A DNA stretch of 58,264 nucleotides, counting the filler, from Sphacelaria rigidula (lineage: Eukaryota): assembly GCA_964200075.2 (NCBI GenBank). It is 8 parts of 8 records of this genome, joined end to end, with 100 filler letters (N's around TTAATTAATTAA, not from the genome) between each part and the next. Parts side by side here need not be neighbours in the genome. Positions count along the whole stretch, not along the records: positions 21,889 to 29,084 come from CAXNAA020016018.1; positions 29,185 to 36,379 come from CAXNAA020016019.1; 6 more parts are not named here. One strand, 5' to 3'. Under the pieces are notes generated by a model. The model was not told where the DNA came from, did no database searches, and saw nothing but the letters and a program-made list of their open reading frames with translations. Of this stretch, positions 23,606 through 36,479 are shown piece after piece (within the stretch, counting starts at the first letter, position 1; every line of letters begins with the position of its first letter). The translations under genes and the position numbers were made by a program.

Positions 23606-23935
23606 TTGATCCCATTCATTCTGAACGCCAGCCTACACCTTTTGTGTTTGTGGGCGATTCAGCCAGGGTTACACAGGAGAAAAGCTGACACAGCAGTAGT
23701 TTTTTTTTTGTTTCTTTGTTCTAGTTCTCCACCTTCCTTCTCCGGTGCTTGCCTTATTTTGCTATCGCGAGAGGGATTCAGCGGTTCCTTTCCCTCGCCG
23801 ACCCTGAAGTCGAACGTTGTGTGCCCGCGACGTAGTCGCCCTCCACTGTTGGGCATGGTATTAAAAAAAAAAATCCCAGATCGTGCGACTGCGCCGAGAT
23901 TCGAACCCACGACAGCACCACGAGTTCGAAGGTGT
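23606..23935 (-). mobile_element. tRNA-derived SINE family 1 (5'-truncated copy)
   Basis: Box B gggttcgaatctc on the minus strand. The body is homologous to the copies at 26345, 31796 and 35318. Confidence 0.75.
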
Positions 23936-24578
23936 AGAAATAGAGTGTGTGTGCTGTATTTCGTTTGCACATGTATGTCGCAGTAGCGGCAGCTGCCAGC
24001 GTGCACCACTTGCAAAGCTTGATGGTTATGTGTATCCCACGAAAAAGGCTCAGCGAAGACATGAATACATGCACTCCACCTATGGCTCGAAAGCCGGCCA
24101 GGAGTTCTCTAGCACTAAGTCATGCTCAACATCCGCGTGTCCATGTAGACAAGCGTCCTGCCTCGTGAGGAAAGACGCCCATTCTCCCCTGGTACAAGGC
24201 TTGCAATTTGGTACCGTGGGTTGGATCAGCATTCTCACACCGCATCGACTGTCGTCCGACAAACTGACATCGAAGAGAACAAAGTCCGACTCTTGAAGGC
24301 GGCGGTTCGGCTATCTATGATAGTTCCTAGTTCGCCTCGCGATAGACGAACCATGCACGCACAAACCTCATGGGGTGCGACGATTAACCACAGAGACGGA
24401 GTCTTGCACTTATAAGACCCGATGGCCAAGAGTAGCTCACTGAGGCTGCAAAATCAGGCAGGCGCTACGGTAGCTATGCTTGCGTCCCCGGTGTCGCCGG
24501 AGTGGGGGGAGGGGGGGTACTGATGGTGCCTCACAAGTCCCGCGTCGTTCTTGTGCTGATATACTATATACAGTTGCC

Positions 24579-24884
24579 ACGCCCCGGTGGTGTAATGGTC
24601 CGACTGTCGTCATTGGGGTGGAGAGAATGAGGGTTCGATTCCCGATGCGTTGGGTTTTTTCTTCTCAATGTATGACTTCCACCGTGGAAAGCGTCAGAAC
24701 GTGAGTGCAACAAAGCAGTCGACTGGGTTTGTGTGACGTGAGTTGACGCGGTGCGGGAGTGCTGACCCAATCCCCGAGACCAAAATGAAAGGCGCGTACC
24801 GGGGGAGAGATGGGTTGATCCCTCGAGACCACGGACTCATCCCGAGAAAAAGGAAGGGTTCAAAGTGTGAGGGAAAACAAAAAC
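24579..24884 (+). mobile_element. tRNA-derived SINE family 2
   Basis: Box A tggtgtaatgg, box B ggttcgattcc and an A-rich tail. Flanking acagttg(cc/gt)ac is TSD-like. A second copy lies at 55940-56243(-). Confidence 0.8.
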
Positions 24885-26022
24885 AGTTGGTACAGCTTGC
24901 GGTCGAGGGCGGCGCGATCGAGAAGTGCATTGCGAGTGTATCTCCTTGAAATTCTGTGCTCGCTTTTTTTTCCGAGCGACGATTGTAACGTTCGCTTCGC
25001 TGTTGATCGTAAGACGTCGCTTGAGCCTTGACTAATTTGGATGCTTCCGCGGGAGTGGAAAGTCCCCAAACGCCTTCACTCGAAAGCCTTGGCTGTCTTA
25101 GCAGAGCATGGGGGAATGATATTTGTAAAGGTTTGCTGGCCTCACAACGAGGTAAACTCTGCCTGCAACAAGCTCCCGCGTCTTTTCTGTACGCCACGAT
25201 ATCCCCCCTCTTTCCCACAGTCACGAGGCCCGAAACGGTTGGACTCGTCTTGAGTCGTGCCCTCGTCCTGTCTAGTGGTTGGTGGTGGGTTATGACTAAA
25301 AAATCCACTGGTATGTGCTGTCAACAGTAGACAGGACTAGCAATGAATCACAACTTGGTTATGGAGGATGATCGGGGAGGGGGGGCGGGCGGGCGGGCGG
25401 GCGTTATCGTATTTGGCGGGATGTGTTCGTGGTTTGCACTTCCGGCCACTGTAACATTTCCCGAATACCGAGTAAATTCACCACCATTGGCTAGCATGTC
25501 AAGTCTGGGAGGGCGCGCTGAGTTTTTATTAGCTACGGGTGGCGTAAATACTCATTGTTGTCATCGCTGACGTCATCATGATTCGTAGGAAGTCAGTCAT
25601 GGAGAGCAACATAAGGCTTGGTGCTGCTGTCGAATCGGAACAAGTGCTACAGGCGTGCGTTCGTGATATACTTGTGCTACTGTTTCATCAAGATTTGAGG
25701 TTTTGAACACTCGTCGTTGACGAGCCATTGTCACCAAATTAAGTGCATGAGTAGTACACTAGCGAACGGCCTTTGTGGGGAATCATATGGTATTTCGATT
25801 TTTTGCGAAGTCGTTGTGCGTACATATATACTGTTCGACAGGCCTTAGGCCGTGTCTTCGACATCATTTTTCGATAAAAGAAGTGCGGTGGAAAACAAAA
25901 ATCCTGATCTGATAGGTCGGGATTTCAGCTACCTTCAAAACGACGATGGTTGAAATCACGACCAATCAGATGGGAGTTATCCTTTTCCACCGCACATTTT
26001 CTATAAAAATATTATGTGCTAA

Positions 26023-27216
26023 GGGCCTGTCTTCGCTCTTTTTTTTTTTTCCATCGAAGAAATGAGGCGGTGGAATCGATTTGAGCGAAGATTTCTCGTT
26101 TTGATGCAGTTGGGTCCGGATAGACTTTCAAGATTTCGATCGAAAAAAAAAAGTGAAACTCGTGAAACGGTACATGGTCACTCGTGTTCAGTACAGACAG
26201 TCTGTACTGTCTGCACTGCTTGCAAGCAGGGTGTCTTGAGTGCGTGTGTGCGTGTTTCGTGCAGGAGGGTATAGAGAAGCGAGCAACGTGCAGTACAGAC
26301 AGCCCAGGACTATCACTTCTCTTGCTTACAATGTGTGTTGTTTGTGTTGTCGTCCCTTTTATTCTGGGCGCCGGTCTCCACCTTTCGGTATATGTGGGCG
26401 CACCAGCCGGGGTCACACAGGAGGAGGGTCAATACAGGAGTTTTTTCTTTTTTTTTGTTTATTTTTAGTACCCCACCCTCCTTCTGCGGTGCTTGCCTTT
26501 ATTTTTTAGCGCGGGAAGGGTTCAGCAGTCCCTTTCCCTCGTCGCCGTTGAGCCGAATTTTGTGTACCCACGACATGGTCGCTCTCCACTGTCGGGCATG
26601 TTGTGAGAAAAAATCCTAGATCGCTGCAGGAATTGAAGCCCACTACTCAAACGTCAGAAGGTTACGAGGTTACCAACCGAGCCACCGGGGCGACCGGCTA
26701 TTTTACGATGCGACCTGAGGAGGACTTCAGCAACGTGCAGCTTTGTGCTGCCTGCACTGTCGATGAGCGTGCTCTCGGTTGCGCACCGCACCACGCAGTT
26801 CCGTCGCTGATGCCCACCATGAGAGGAGATGCAAAGTCAAATTTTCGCCAAAAAAATAAACAAAGCACACCCAACTGCTTTCGTGTATCTATCCCTGTGC
26901 TCATCTCGTGCTCTATGCTGCAGGGTTACGGTGGTAGCTGAGAATGAGTTGGATGGAGATTGTATGGTCCTGTGAACAGGGTGTTATTCGGCGCGGTGAT
27001 CTGTAAGACAGCAGTCAAGTGCCGCTTCGTGCCTTTCCGCCGCATGTTTTCGATCGGAAACGATTGTTTTCCACCCCGTTGCATTCTTCTCCGCGCGCCG
27101 CTAATTATCATTTTGAGTTGAAGCCTTCAAGGAACATAAATGCGGTGTACCTAACAGATCTGCAAAAAAACGACCGCACTTTTTCGATCGAAAAAAAAAG
27201 GTGCTAAGACACGCCC
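26023..27216. mobile_element. Possible non-autonomous Harbinger-like element containing a SINE; related end or hairpin at 25848-26010
   Basis: TAA|gggcctgtcttcgctctttttt ... aaaaaaggtgctaagacacgccc|TAA. Confidence 0.4.
26345..26698 (-). mobile_element. tRNA-derived SINE family 1 (full-length)
   Basis: The 5' head gccggtcgccccggtggctcggttggta (box A) is followed by a degenerate box B and the shared body. Confidence 0.8.
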
Positions 27217-27670
27217 TAAGACAAGCCCTCACTCTGCTGCGGAGTCGCCTGTATTGACAATTATTGATAATAAGATATTTCAGTAAATATAGATGTGCGC
27301 CGAATAAAGATCCGGCTATTATAAATCAGTTTACCTGCTGTATACGGTGATGACTTGGTGTGTAACCCCGTGGTCCACCGCATATACCCGCATCTGTTTG
27401 CTCCACTTGAAGTGTGTCATACTTCGCTACTGGTGTGTCACTATAGCTCATGATGTTGACGGCACAGGCTGGGACGGATTGGTCTGTTGAGACCGTTTAG
27501 TCCCTGTCATCACGCAGGGGTGTGGGCAAACAGGTACGTGGGCAGCGTGGGCATCACTGTCACCAACAGTCGTGAGCGTCTTCACTTGGCGAACGTTGCC
27601 TGGAAGTGTGCGAGAGTATGCGCGACATGTGAACGGGTTGCTGTCTTTCGATTTCCATTGAATGCAACAG

Positions 27671-27837
27671 GCACCGATCGTAGCGATGTCGGCCATGCGA
27701 GAGACGAGGGTGCTATCGGCGGCGGCGGCCGAGCCATACAACGCTGTGGTGTTTGGGAGCACGGGGGCAGTGGGCAAGGCTGTCGTGAGGGAGCTGGCGG
27801 AGTCGGACAAATGCAAATCCGTGGTCGCCATTGTCAG
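27671..27837 (+). CDS. Exon encoding an N-terminal Rossmann fold; HTATIP2/TIP30-like NAD(P)-binding protein (partial gene)
   Basis: Boundaries gcaacag|...AG|gtgagc, ATG at 27686. Encodes MSAMRETRVLSAAAAEPYNAVVFGSTGAVGKAVVRELAESDKCKSVVAIVR with a GxTGxVG motif. Confidence 0.8.
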
Positions 27838-30162
27838 GTGAGCGGAGCTCTGTCGCTATATCTGTATGTCCTGATTTTGTAGTATAGTGACATGCATTGT
27901 GTTCGCTGTGTGAGCAATTACCTCTTATGATGAATGATGATGGTAATTGTGATTATGGCAGTGATTTCCCGATTTCAGAACAATTTTCGGATGCTCTTGG
28001 TACAAAAATGGCTCAAAAGTCAGACGAACGCATCGCCGTTGCCGTGATGGTTGATCGGGTGTGGCTTCCAGGCTTGTTTTTTGAAGACTTTTTTACCATA
28101 CACATGTACTCTCAGTGTAAAAAAACATGTGTATTCATATTTATTCTTCTATCGTGATTTCATATTTTATTATGTTATCCTTGTTTGTATCCTGGATTTG
28201 AGTTGACGCGTCCCGACAGTTTGGCGGTTTTGTATTTCCTTCACCCTTTTGGAACCCTGCCTTCCTGTCCCCGGCCGAGACACCTCGTTATTTTAAGATG
28301 TGACAAATAAGAAAAGATGGAGACAGAAAAGACGGACGACAACCATTTTTACTGTGGAAGATCAAAGAAGACTCCAGAAGCACACCTCATGGGTGTACCG
28401 AAAATGAAACCCCGGAGCGGTCGGGTTGGGTTTGTCCAAATGTATGCATCGACAAAACTCTCGCAAAACAGTACAACCTCCCATGTATGTGATTTTTGGT
28501 CAGTAGAATCTGTGAAATACCTCAATTCGAGTTCGGTGCGCGAATATGTCACATCAGTATACTTGCACTTGGAGTGCCGCACTAGTATACTCAAAATTAG
28601 AGTGGTGCACCATTTTGGTGGGCTGCATCAAGAGTTGGCGAGCGTAGGAAGCCACACTATACGGCGACAGTGAAATGGCGGAGCAAGTGGAAATCCTGTC
28701 GCCACACGCGGAAGCGCTGAAGAGCGACCCATGTGCATTTCACGTTCAGCTGGAAGAGTTGGCTGAGAAAAACGGTCAGGACGCTGCCAGGCGTTTCGCT
28801 GTAAAAGCTGCAAGAGCTGTTGGGGCAACCCATTGCCCCCGGCGCACACCGCCCCCTCCGCTCGCTTACTGAACGTCAGCACAGTAACCGCAGCAAGAAA
28901 AAACGCTGCGAGGTACGTAGGATGATGTGGAAGACATCAGGCGGACGTGATTGCCAGCGTCCAGACAGGTGACATACTGGCAAACGATCGACAACCGACC
29001 GGGACAGCCCTTCAAGGGTCGGACAAATAATGATTCGTCTGGAAATAACTTGGTTTTTGTATCATGAGTCGACTCGTGACGACTNNNNNNNNNNNNNNNN
29101 NNNNNNNNNNNNNNNNNNNNNNNNNNNNTTAATTAATTAANNNNNNNNNNNNNNNNNNNNNNNNNNNNNNNNNNNNNNNNNNNNATACTGGTGGTATGCT
29201 CCTTGCACTCTGTGACCACCGGTTCGAGAGATCTAGCTAATGTGATGGATATAATAATTGATATAGATATTGCTTTTTGTGATAGTCGCTACGTGCCAGT
29301 GGTGTAAGTGGTGCCTCGTGCTCCCGTCTAGGCGGAGGAGAGAGGGTACAAAGTCCGAATCCTGACAGCAATCGATAATTTATTTCACTGGTTTTATCTT
29401 CGACGCTTGTAGATGGGAGTTATGGGACAACGAGCGAGCCGAGGGCCTGAAGAGCACTGATTCACTGCTGGACACAATCAATCTGGAAAATACGTACTGT
29501 ATGGGGGAATAGACCGGTCGATCCCCTGAGACAAAGCATTCCTTACGATGAAAGGGGAGGAGAGGGTCGAGGGTCGGCAGTAAACCGAGAAACGACAGAC
29601 GGTTAAATTGCCACGCAGGAAATTTTGATGCATGGATTGATCGTTGTGGCCGTTTACTATAATGTGTACCTGCGGTCTTCTGTTTTGAGAAAATCAATGA
29701 TACAAGCCATGAAGAAGTCGTGACTGAACCAGCCCAACTGAACATTAAGTGAAGCAAAGACATTAAATAAGACGTATATGGTGCAGCTTGGACGTTTCGG
29801 ATGACGTTTTTACAACGAATATAAACGTTTTCATGTTTTCGTTTAATGACGAGACTTCTGATCGCGGCGTTCGATGTTCGTTGCTTGTTTGGCGCTTCGG
29901 TATCTGATTATTTCGATTCCTCGAGATATATGGCACGAAGAAATTGGTGTAGTGATAATAAATATTTGCTTTTGATGTGTGTCTTACATTCAGTGGGCGT
30001 GTTCATGGAAGCTGGGAAGCAATACGTAACAACAGGGGCAGTGCCATGACCGATCTATCCTCGACTCCTCAAGTTATGTTGCTGCGGCCTTGTTGGTTCA
30101 AGTTGTACGTGTAGACCGTGAGGGTCAGGGCGGAAGGGAAAGGGTCGATATCCAGATTGTAA

Positions 30163-30524
30163 TGTGACACATGCTTTTACTTTCCGAGGAGTATGTGATA
30201 CCTGTCGCTGAAACTCTGTTTTGTTGGTCGCGGAATATTGCTGACGAAAAGTGACGCTATGCGGGAGTGTTGATCCAATTCGCGATACGATTGTACCTGC
30301 CATGTAGGAGGAGAGATGGGTTGGGCATGATGCAGGCTGTACTGTGACACATGCTTTTACTTTCCGAGGAGTATGTGATACCTATCATTGAAACCGGGCG
30401 CTTGTAAGTAGCGGAAAACTGCTGACGACAGGTGACGCGGTGCGGTCAGTGCCGAGTGTTGATCCAACCAGCGATACGAATGTACCGGCCGTATAAAAAG
30501 AGAAATGAGTTGGGCATGATGCAG
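30163..30524 (+). repeat. Diverged tandem duplication (~180 bp x2)
   Basis: tgtgacacatgcttttactttccgaggagtatgtgatacct...gttgggcatgatgcag occurs at 30163 and again at 30343. Confidence 0.9.
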
Positions 30525-31205
30525 AATCGTCTGGAGGAAAGGGGACGCTTGTAGCTCTGAAGGGCGGAACAGAACATGGCAGTGCATCGACGCTTTGTTT
30601 TTTTTCCGTCCACGGACGTTTTTGTCATTCCATATGCTCACAAATAATCGGGCGGAACGTTTGCGGCCACTCTTTCATCAATCCAGCGGATGACATGAGA
30701 CAGGCACCCTATCTCTGCCGCAAAGCACCGCGCATCCACATCGGCACACCACACAATGAGGCGACATGACATGCACTAACGTGGCTTTAACCCTCGATCG
30801 AGGACATCTCCCCCGATGATGCTGCTGTGCACTTGCTTTGCCTTGGGTGTAAACCGATTACTGTTGTCGGGGTAGACACGTATCGCACCTTTTACACGTC
30901 GACTGGCTGTCTCTCAACCAGGACATGTCCCTGCTGCATGTTGTGCGTGTCAATAGCAATATTGGTAACATTTCTTCGTGAGCACTAGAGCATTTGTATC
31001 CACGGTTGGTCGCCCCCCGTGTCGCTCCTGGATGTGGGTATACCGAGATCCGCTCCTCCCGGCTTTTTGCGGATGGCGTGTTCGGCACTGGATCGACACG
31101 TGGTCTGTTTCATATTCGCACTCCAGTGGCCATGGCACTGTTCATTGGTGACGGTACGTAATGCGGTTGTGTTCTGTCCTTGTTGTGATCCTCCCCCCTG
31201 GCCAG

Positions 31206-31277
31206 GCGATATCCCGCGGGAGTTGGCACGCCTCGGTCGTCTTCGGATTTTGGACCTGTCCCACAACAAACTAACTG
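31206..31277 (+). CDS. Single 72-nt leucine-rich-repeat exon (ROCO/LRR-kinase type)
   Basis: Boundaries ccctggccag|GC...ACT G|gtgagt, exactly 72 nt, phase 1-1. Encodes (G)DIPRELARLGRLRILDLSHNKLT(G), one 24-aa LRR. Confidence 0.92.
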
Positions 31278-31795
31278 GTGAGTCAAATGTCGAGTAAGTG
31301 CCGCGACGTCAGCCGTGTTTCTTTGCAGGGTTGTTGTGTATGTGGCCGCTGTTAGAAGCAAGTCTTTCGACGATCGTCACGTATCGGTTTGATATTTCAC
31401 TGCCCCGTCGTCTCTCGTACGCACGATGCGAGCACAGACACAGCTGTGGAAACATGAGATACAGTACAAGGTTCAGGTATTGTGCCGTAGGTGGTATGTG
31501 TGTTGGATCACACGGGCGACAGCGGCGAAGATCACCGTCCTTTTTTCCACATTCGTCACATTTTTGGCCCATGTTGCAAACGTTGTGTACCAAGACGCTC
31601 TGTTATATTCCAAACACAGTTCGTCATGATTCAACGGAAGAAACTTGGGACATCTTCCCATTCGGTTGGTCGAAACATCCTACTGTACCTGTCGGAAAGA
31701 TGAGGATGTGGTCGTGTCGAACAAGGTTTCCTACAGTACGTTCCGTGGGATGGGATCATTTTACACTACTGTAAAATACGTGTCGTCCTGTACGA

Positions 31796-32148
31796 GCCGG
31801 TCCCCCCGGTGGCTCAGTTGATAATCTCGACACTAGTGGGCCATGGGTTCAAATCTCGGAGCGATCGGGGATTTGTTTCTCACACAATGCCGAACAGTGG
31901 AGAGCGACCATGTCTGGTGGGTACACAAACTTCGACGTGATGGTCGACGATAGGAAGGGACTGCTAACCCCCGCTCGCGATAAAAGAATGAAAGGCAAGC
32001 ACCGCAGAAGGGAAGGTGGAACACTAGAACAAAGAGGAAACAAGGAACTTCTGTGTTGACCTTCCTCCTCTGTGACCCCGGCTGGTTCGCCCACATATAT
32101 GAAAAAGTGTAGACCGGCGTCCAGAATAGATGGAACGACAATACACAC
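31796..32148 (+). mobile_element. tRNA-derived SINE family 1
   Basis: gccggtccccccggtggctcagttg (box A) ... gggttcaaatctc (box B), followed by the shared body and tail. Confidence 0.8.
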
Positions 32149-33059
32149 TGTAAAGCAGCCCCCGCAGTGTGTTTACTTGCTCTGTGTGTTGTGAGTTTTG
32201 TTTGAGGTTATGCCTTTCAATGTAATATGCGAGCATGTGGAGAGCATGCGCGAGTGCACAAACGAGTTGGTGCAGAGGAGTCGCATTCCTGTGATTCGTG
32301 CCCACTTGGGAAGAAGTTGGCCGTGTCTTGTAATGGATTTCAGGCCGTTGGTTTAAATGTACGTGGTGTCTTCACCCTTTTCTCTTCAATCTAGCCCGTT
32401 TTGACTATGGACATATTGTCATGGTGAGCTGTATGGCCATCCAACACTGCTCTGTGAGTGGTTTTGTTCACCACCCGAAGTATCATCCCCTTGTGCGGTG
32501 TTGTCTAAAGCTTTCGCAGCTGTATGGGGGTCCGCAGCAAAGCTGCAGGGGTTGATGGTTCAGAGTACGTTGTTGTTTTTTTCATCTCCGTTTGTTGAAA
32601 TTCAATAGCGTCCCATCGTCTCGGAAACAACATTGAAGTTCCTGACGGCGGTACTGTACTAACGCATGAATACACATAATAAATGAAGTTGGAATTCCTG
32701 ACGGCGTTGCTGATACGTACGTTTCCGAGTAAGCAGTATAGCGTCCGCTCTGACGGATTGATGCTACGTACATACAAGGCTACCGTTGTACAGGACTGCA
32801 AGAACAATCAGTGTCAGGTCAGAATGAGTGCTAAGGTGAGAATCAAGATCACGTAACGTATCGCCCTGTCCGTCGTCTTGAGCCATATTTTTCCTTACGG
32901 TAATGTCTCGCCGCCCATGCTAGTTCGTCATACCTCATCGCTTTCCCCTTTCACCACCATTCCAATGGTGTGCGTTTATCTCGCCATCTGTACATACCCG
33001 TAGCTCGTGAAGCGGTAAGTTCTTGACTCGACACGATTTTTTGTTTTTAATTCGCTACA

Positions 33060-33850
33060 CCGTTGTGTTGATCGGCAAAATCGTGGAAATCGGCGAATCA
33101 GCACTGATTTTACCCGATGGGCACTGCCGCTGTACGTTACCGCTGATCGACGAATTTGTCATCCGATGTTAAATGGCACTGTGAGAGAAAATATTCACTC
33201 CCCGCTTGAGCTCATCGGCGACTTTCATTTTCTTTCCGTCCGTGCTCATCGATGAATCTGTGATGTTTTGATCCGACTGGGGCTGCCGCTGTACGTTGGC
33301 TATGATAGGCGAATTTGTCAATGTAATGAATTGGTACGTTACGACGCGACGTACACAGCCGTGCGTGGTAATCGATTTGTTTTGTTGTTGTCCTCAACGA
33401 CGATTTGGGAAGTTTTGACTCTTTCATGGTGCAGATATTGATACGTTGAATTTCGCGGACGACCCGACGTGTACAGCCGGTATGGAATCATACTCATCGG
33501 CTGATTTGTCGAATTTTACTCCCCGCTCGTGATCGTCGGCAAATTGGTAAATTATCTGCATGTTTTGGTGCAGATATCGACACGTTGTATTGGTCGGTTG
33601 AGCCGACGTGTGAAGCCGCGATACAATCGTGCCCACGGGCAATTTTTTCAAATTTTTCTCTCCGCTCATGGTCGTTGCGGATTTCTTTATCATCCCTAAT
33701 GTTTTGGTGCAGATTGCGATACGTTGCATTTTTTGGACGAGCCGACGTGTACAGCCGCTATACGATCGTACTTACCGACTATTGTTTTCGGATTTTACTC
33801 CCCGCTCGTCCTTGTCTGCAAACTGGTGAATTCTCCCTCCGACGGACGAA
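33060..33850. repeat. Degenerate tandem repeat array
   Basis: Recurrent motifs ccgacgtgtacagccg, ttttactccccgctcgt, ttttggtgcagat and ctgccgctgtacgtt. Confidence 0.65.
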
Positions 33851-34094
33851 CCGATATTCAAACTGTCTCGCCAGCACGCAACCCCTGCCCCATAACTATT
33901 TCCGGCGCCCTTAACACAGGCTCAGTTGTGCTACACATGTATACGTCGCCCTCACTTATTTCCATCAACGTTTCGAGTTGAGTGTAGTGGCTGAGAACGA
34001 TTTTCCCACCAAAAAAAACCTCAAGGCACAGGTTTTATGGCTACCTCCCACAAGGGGTCGACGGGGTGATACTTTCGTTTTCCTGGGTGCTGCC

Positions 34095-34432
34095 TGTTGA
34101 GTAACCGATTGACTGCTGAGCTAATCAGCCAGCGCTGGCTGATTAGCTCAGCAGTCAATCGGATACTCAACAAAAGCCAAGTTCGATGGGTCCGATGCAT
34201 AACCCCGAGCACTCACGCTCCAGGGTTGCCATCCCTGTAACCAACGCTGCGCTGGTAAGTCCAACCGGTTTGATTTCGACTGCGCTCTCGACGGGTCTCA
34301 CGTCGAACTTCTTTGGCTCGCACCCGGTGCTCATTTTTACCAAAGGATCCTCATGACTGTCCTGGGGATTGAACTCAAGAACTAGGCTTTTGTTGAGTAA
34401 CCGATTGACTGCTGAGCTAATCAGCCAGCGCT
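34095..34432. repeat. 78-bp near-perfect palindrome (34095-34172) plus a third copy of the arm (~34390-34432)
   Basis: tgttgagtaaccgattgactgctgagctaatcagccagc|gctggctgattagctcagcagtcaatcggatactcaaca. Confidence 0.9.
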
Positions 34433-35317
34433 TGCTCTTTTTTGTTGTTGCGGGAACCACGACGATGGTCGAGCTAAATCATGTCGAAGTCCACTTTTCC
34501 CAAACATCAAAATTCCAACCCCAATATCAAGCACTCGCAACAGGCATACGGTAGCGAGAAATTTATGAAAACATATTGTTTATTTCAATGGGATCAATCC
34601 ATTTTTAGTGTGATGACCTATATGCTACCTGATTGTAGTCTTGTGCGGGGTGGAAGAACCGTGACTCTTAGCAAAGGAGCTGAAACGATTGATTTACTGA
34701 TCGACCGCTTTCTACTCTCAATCGCATGCTCTACTGTCAACCTCACAAAAAGATTGTTCCGTATAACCACGCATTTACATCCGAGGAGAAATAACGGTTT
34801 CGGTCAGCGCTGTAAGCTCACATAGTCGGTAAAAGGCGATGAGGAAGTATGTACGCAATCGAGGGGCATTTGGCCGACCAAAAAGTCATCGCCCACCGTC
34901 GCTCAACGTGTGGAGAAGCACTGTTGGGCTTGAATTGAATGTTTTTTCAGCATACGATCTCATTTCATAGACTTGTCTGCTGATACTCCCAACCCCAACC
35001 CTGACCCTGACCCTGACCCTCGATCTTGGATAAAATTGCAAGTTCGCTCAAACGGTAGACCTGGAGACATGTCCGCACACAATGGTTGGTACTCGATTCA
35101 CTTCATTTCAGAGTGTAGAAAGTCGTGAAAAAATGCATGGTTTGGGGTAGGTGATGTAATGAAGTGAGAAGTCCGGCTGTATTTTTTCCTGGACCATACA
35201 CGTACAAGAATCTTGTCACGCACACGTGTTTTACTTGACAGCTGTGTGGCTTTGTGCAAGACCTTTTCCACCGAAGCCATGTGCCGGAGGCCGGCCATAT
35301 ATATATGTAAATAAATG

Positions 35318-35660
35318 ATCGTGTTCTCATCCCGCCTATTCTTGACGCCAGTGTACACCTTTCGGTATATCTGGGCGACGTGGGCGCGTCAGCCGGACTC
35401 AGGGGAGGCCAACACGGGACTTTTTTCTTCTCTTCTGTTGGTACCTCACTGTCTGCAGTGCTTGCCTTTTTTTTTTATGGCGAGAGAGGTTCAGCATACC
35501 CTCCTTTTGTCGACGGCCAAGTCGAATGTTGTGTACCCACGACTTGGTCGCCCTTCACTGTCAGGCATCGTGTGGAACAAAATCCGTGATGGTGTGACTG
35601 CACCGAGATTTGAATCCACCACCCAACCGTCAGGAGGATTCGAGGTTCACCAATTGAGCC
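35318..35660 (-). mobile_element. tRNA-derived SINE family 1
   Basis: Homologous body. The head ggctcaattggtgaacctcg...ggattcaaatctcgg reads on the minus strand. Confidence 0.75.
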
Positions 35661-36479
35661 ATATTTTTACATATATATTTATGTACGTAAGTAATTCTTC
35701 TGTTTCTTGTTGTCTACTCTGTTGTGTTGTACCTGTTATGTTTGTCATATTTTGTCGGATGAGTGATTCACTTTTGTTTCGTCTCGGGTACGTCTATCAT
35801 GTCACACGCCACCACGGCTGGATCGCTGGGGTGTCAGTTCAAAGGTGACAATCCAGCAGCATCGTTACTAAAGCCATTGCAAGTTGTGTAGTATTCCACC
35901 CTCCCTCCCCAACGTCGGAATTCACGTTCGTCATCTGTGGTTGTGTAATTTTGTTTCAGTATCTCGACACCAAAGTCAAGAACCTGACCTAGGCTCTAGA
36001 ACTAGATTCGCCGAGCTGAAAACGAAATGATCATAGTTGGTAACACACCCCGAGCTAGAGTGAGTAGAGTGGTTAGTGTGGATTCCCCCCCCCCCCTTCC
36101 CCCCCGCCCCCCCGTGCTGTAAGGCGTGGGAGAACCTCACCTCGGCACAACGGGGATAATCGTAGCATGTCGGGTTTCAATAGAAATACACCCCACGAGG
36201 CAATAAGCCGTGGCTGTCTCAGGAATTGGCGATACCCAGAAATGAAGCAACTTATTTTAGGTCGTCATCCAAATGCAAGATAATCACTAGGCTCTCAAAG
36301 CCGAGCCATCTTAGAAGCATGCGCCTCGCCGAATACACCAGGGCGCTTTGAGCTTCGTGACTGTTTGCGAGCCTGTTCCNNNNNNNNNNNNNNNNNNNNN
36401 NNNNNNNNNNNNNNNNNNNNNNNTTAATTAATTAANNNNNNNNNNNNNNNNNNNNNNNNNNNNNNNNNNNNNNNNNNNN

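Noticed and set aside
24579..24660. tRNA genes at the box A/B heads
   Set aside because: No closable cloverleaf. Each head continues into a shared SINE body.
28675..28872. 65-aa ORF downstream of the Rossmann exon
   Set aside because: No recognisable motif, and no convincing splice link to the oxidoreductase exon.
29412..29493. Possible second exon of the LRR gene (WELWDNERAEGLKSTDSLLDTINLENT)
   Set aside because: Wrong phase to join the LRR exon, and no LRR or N-cap consensus.
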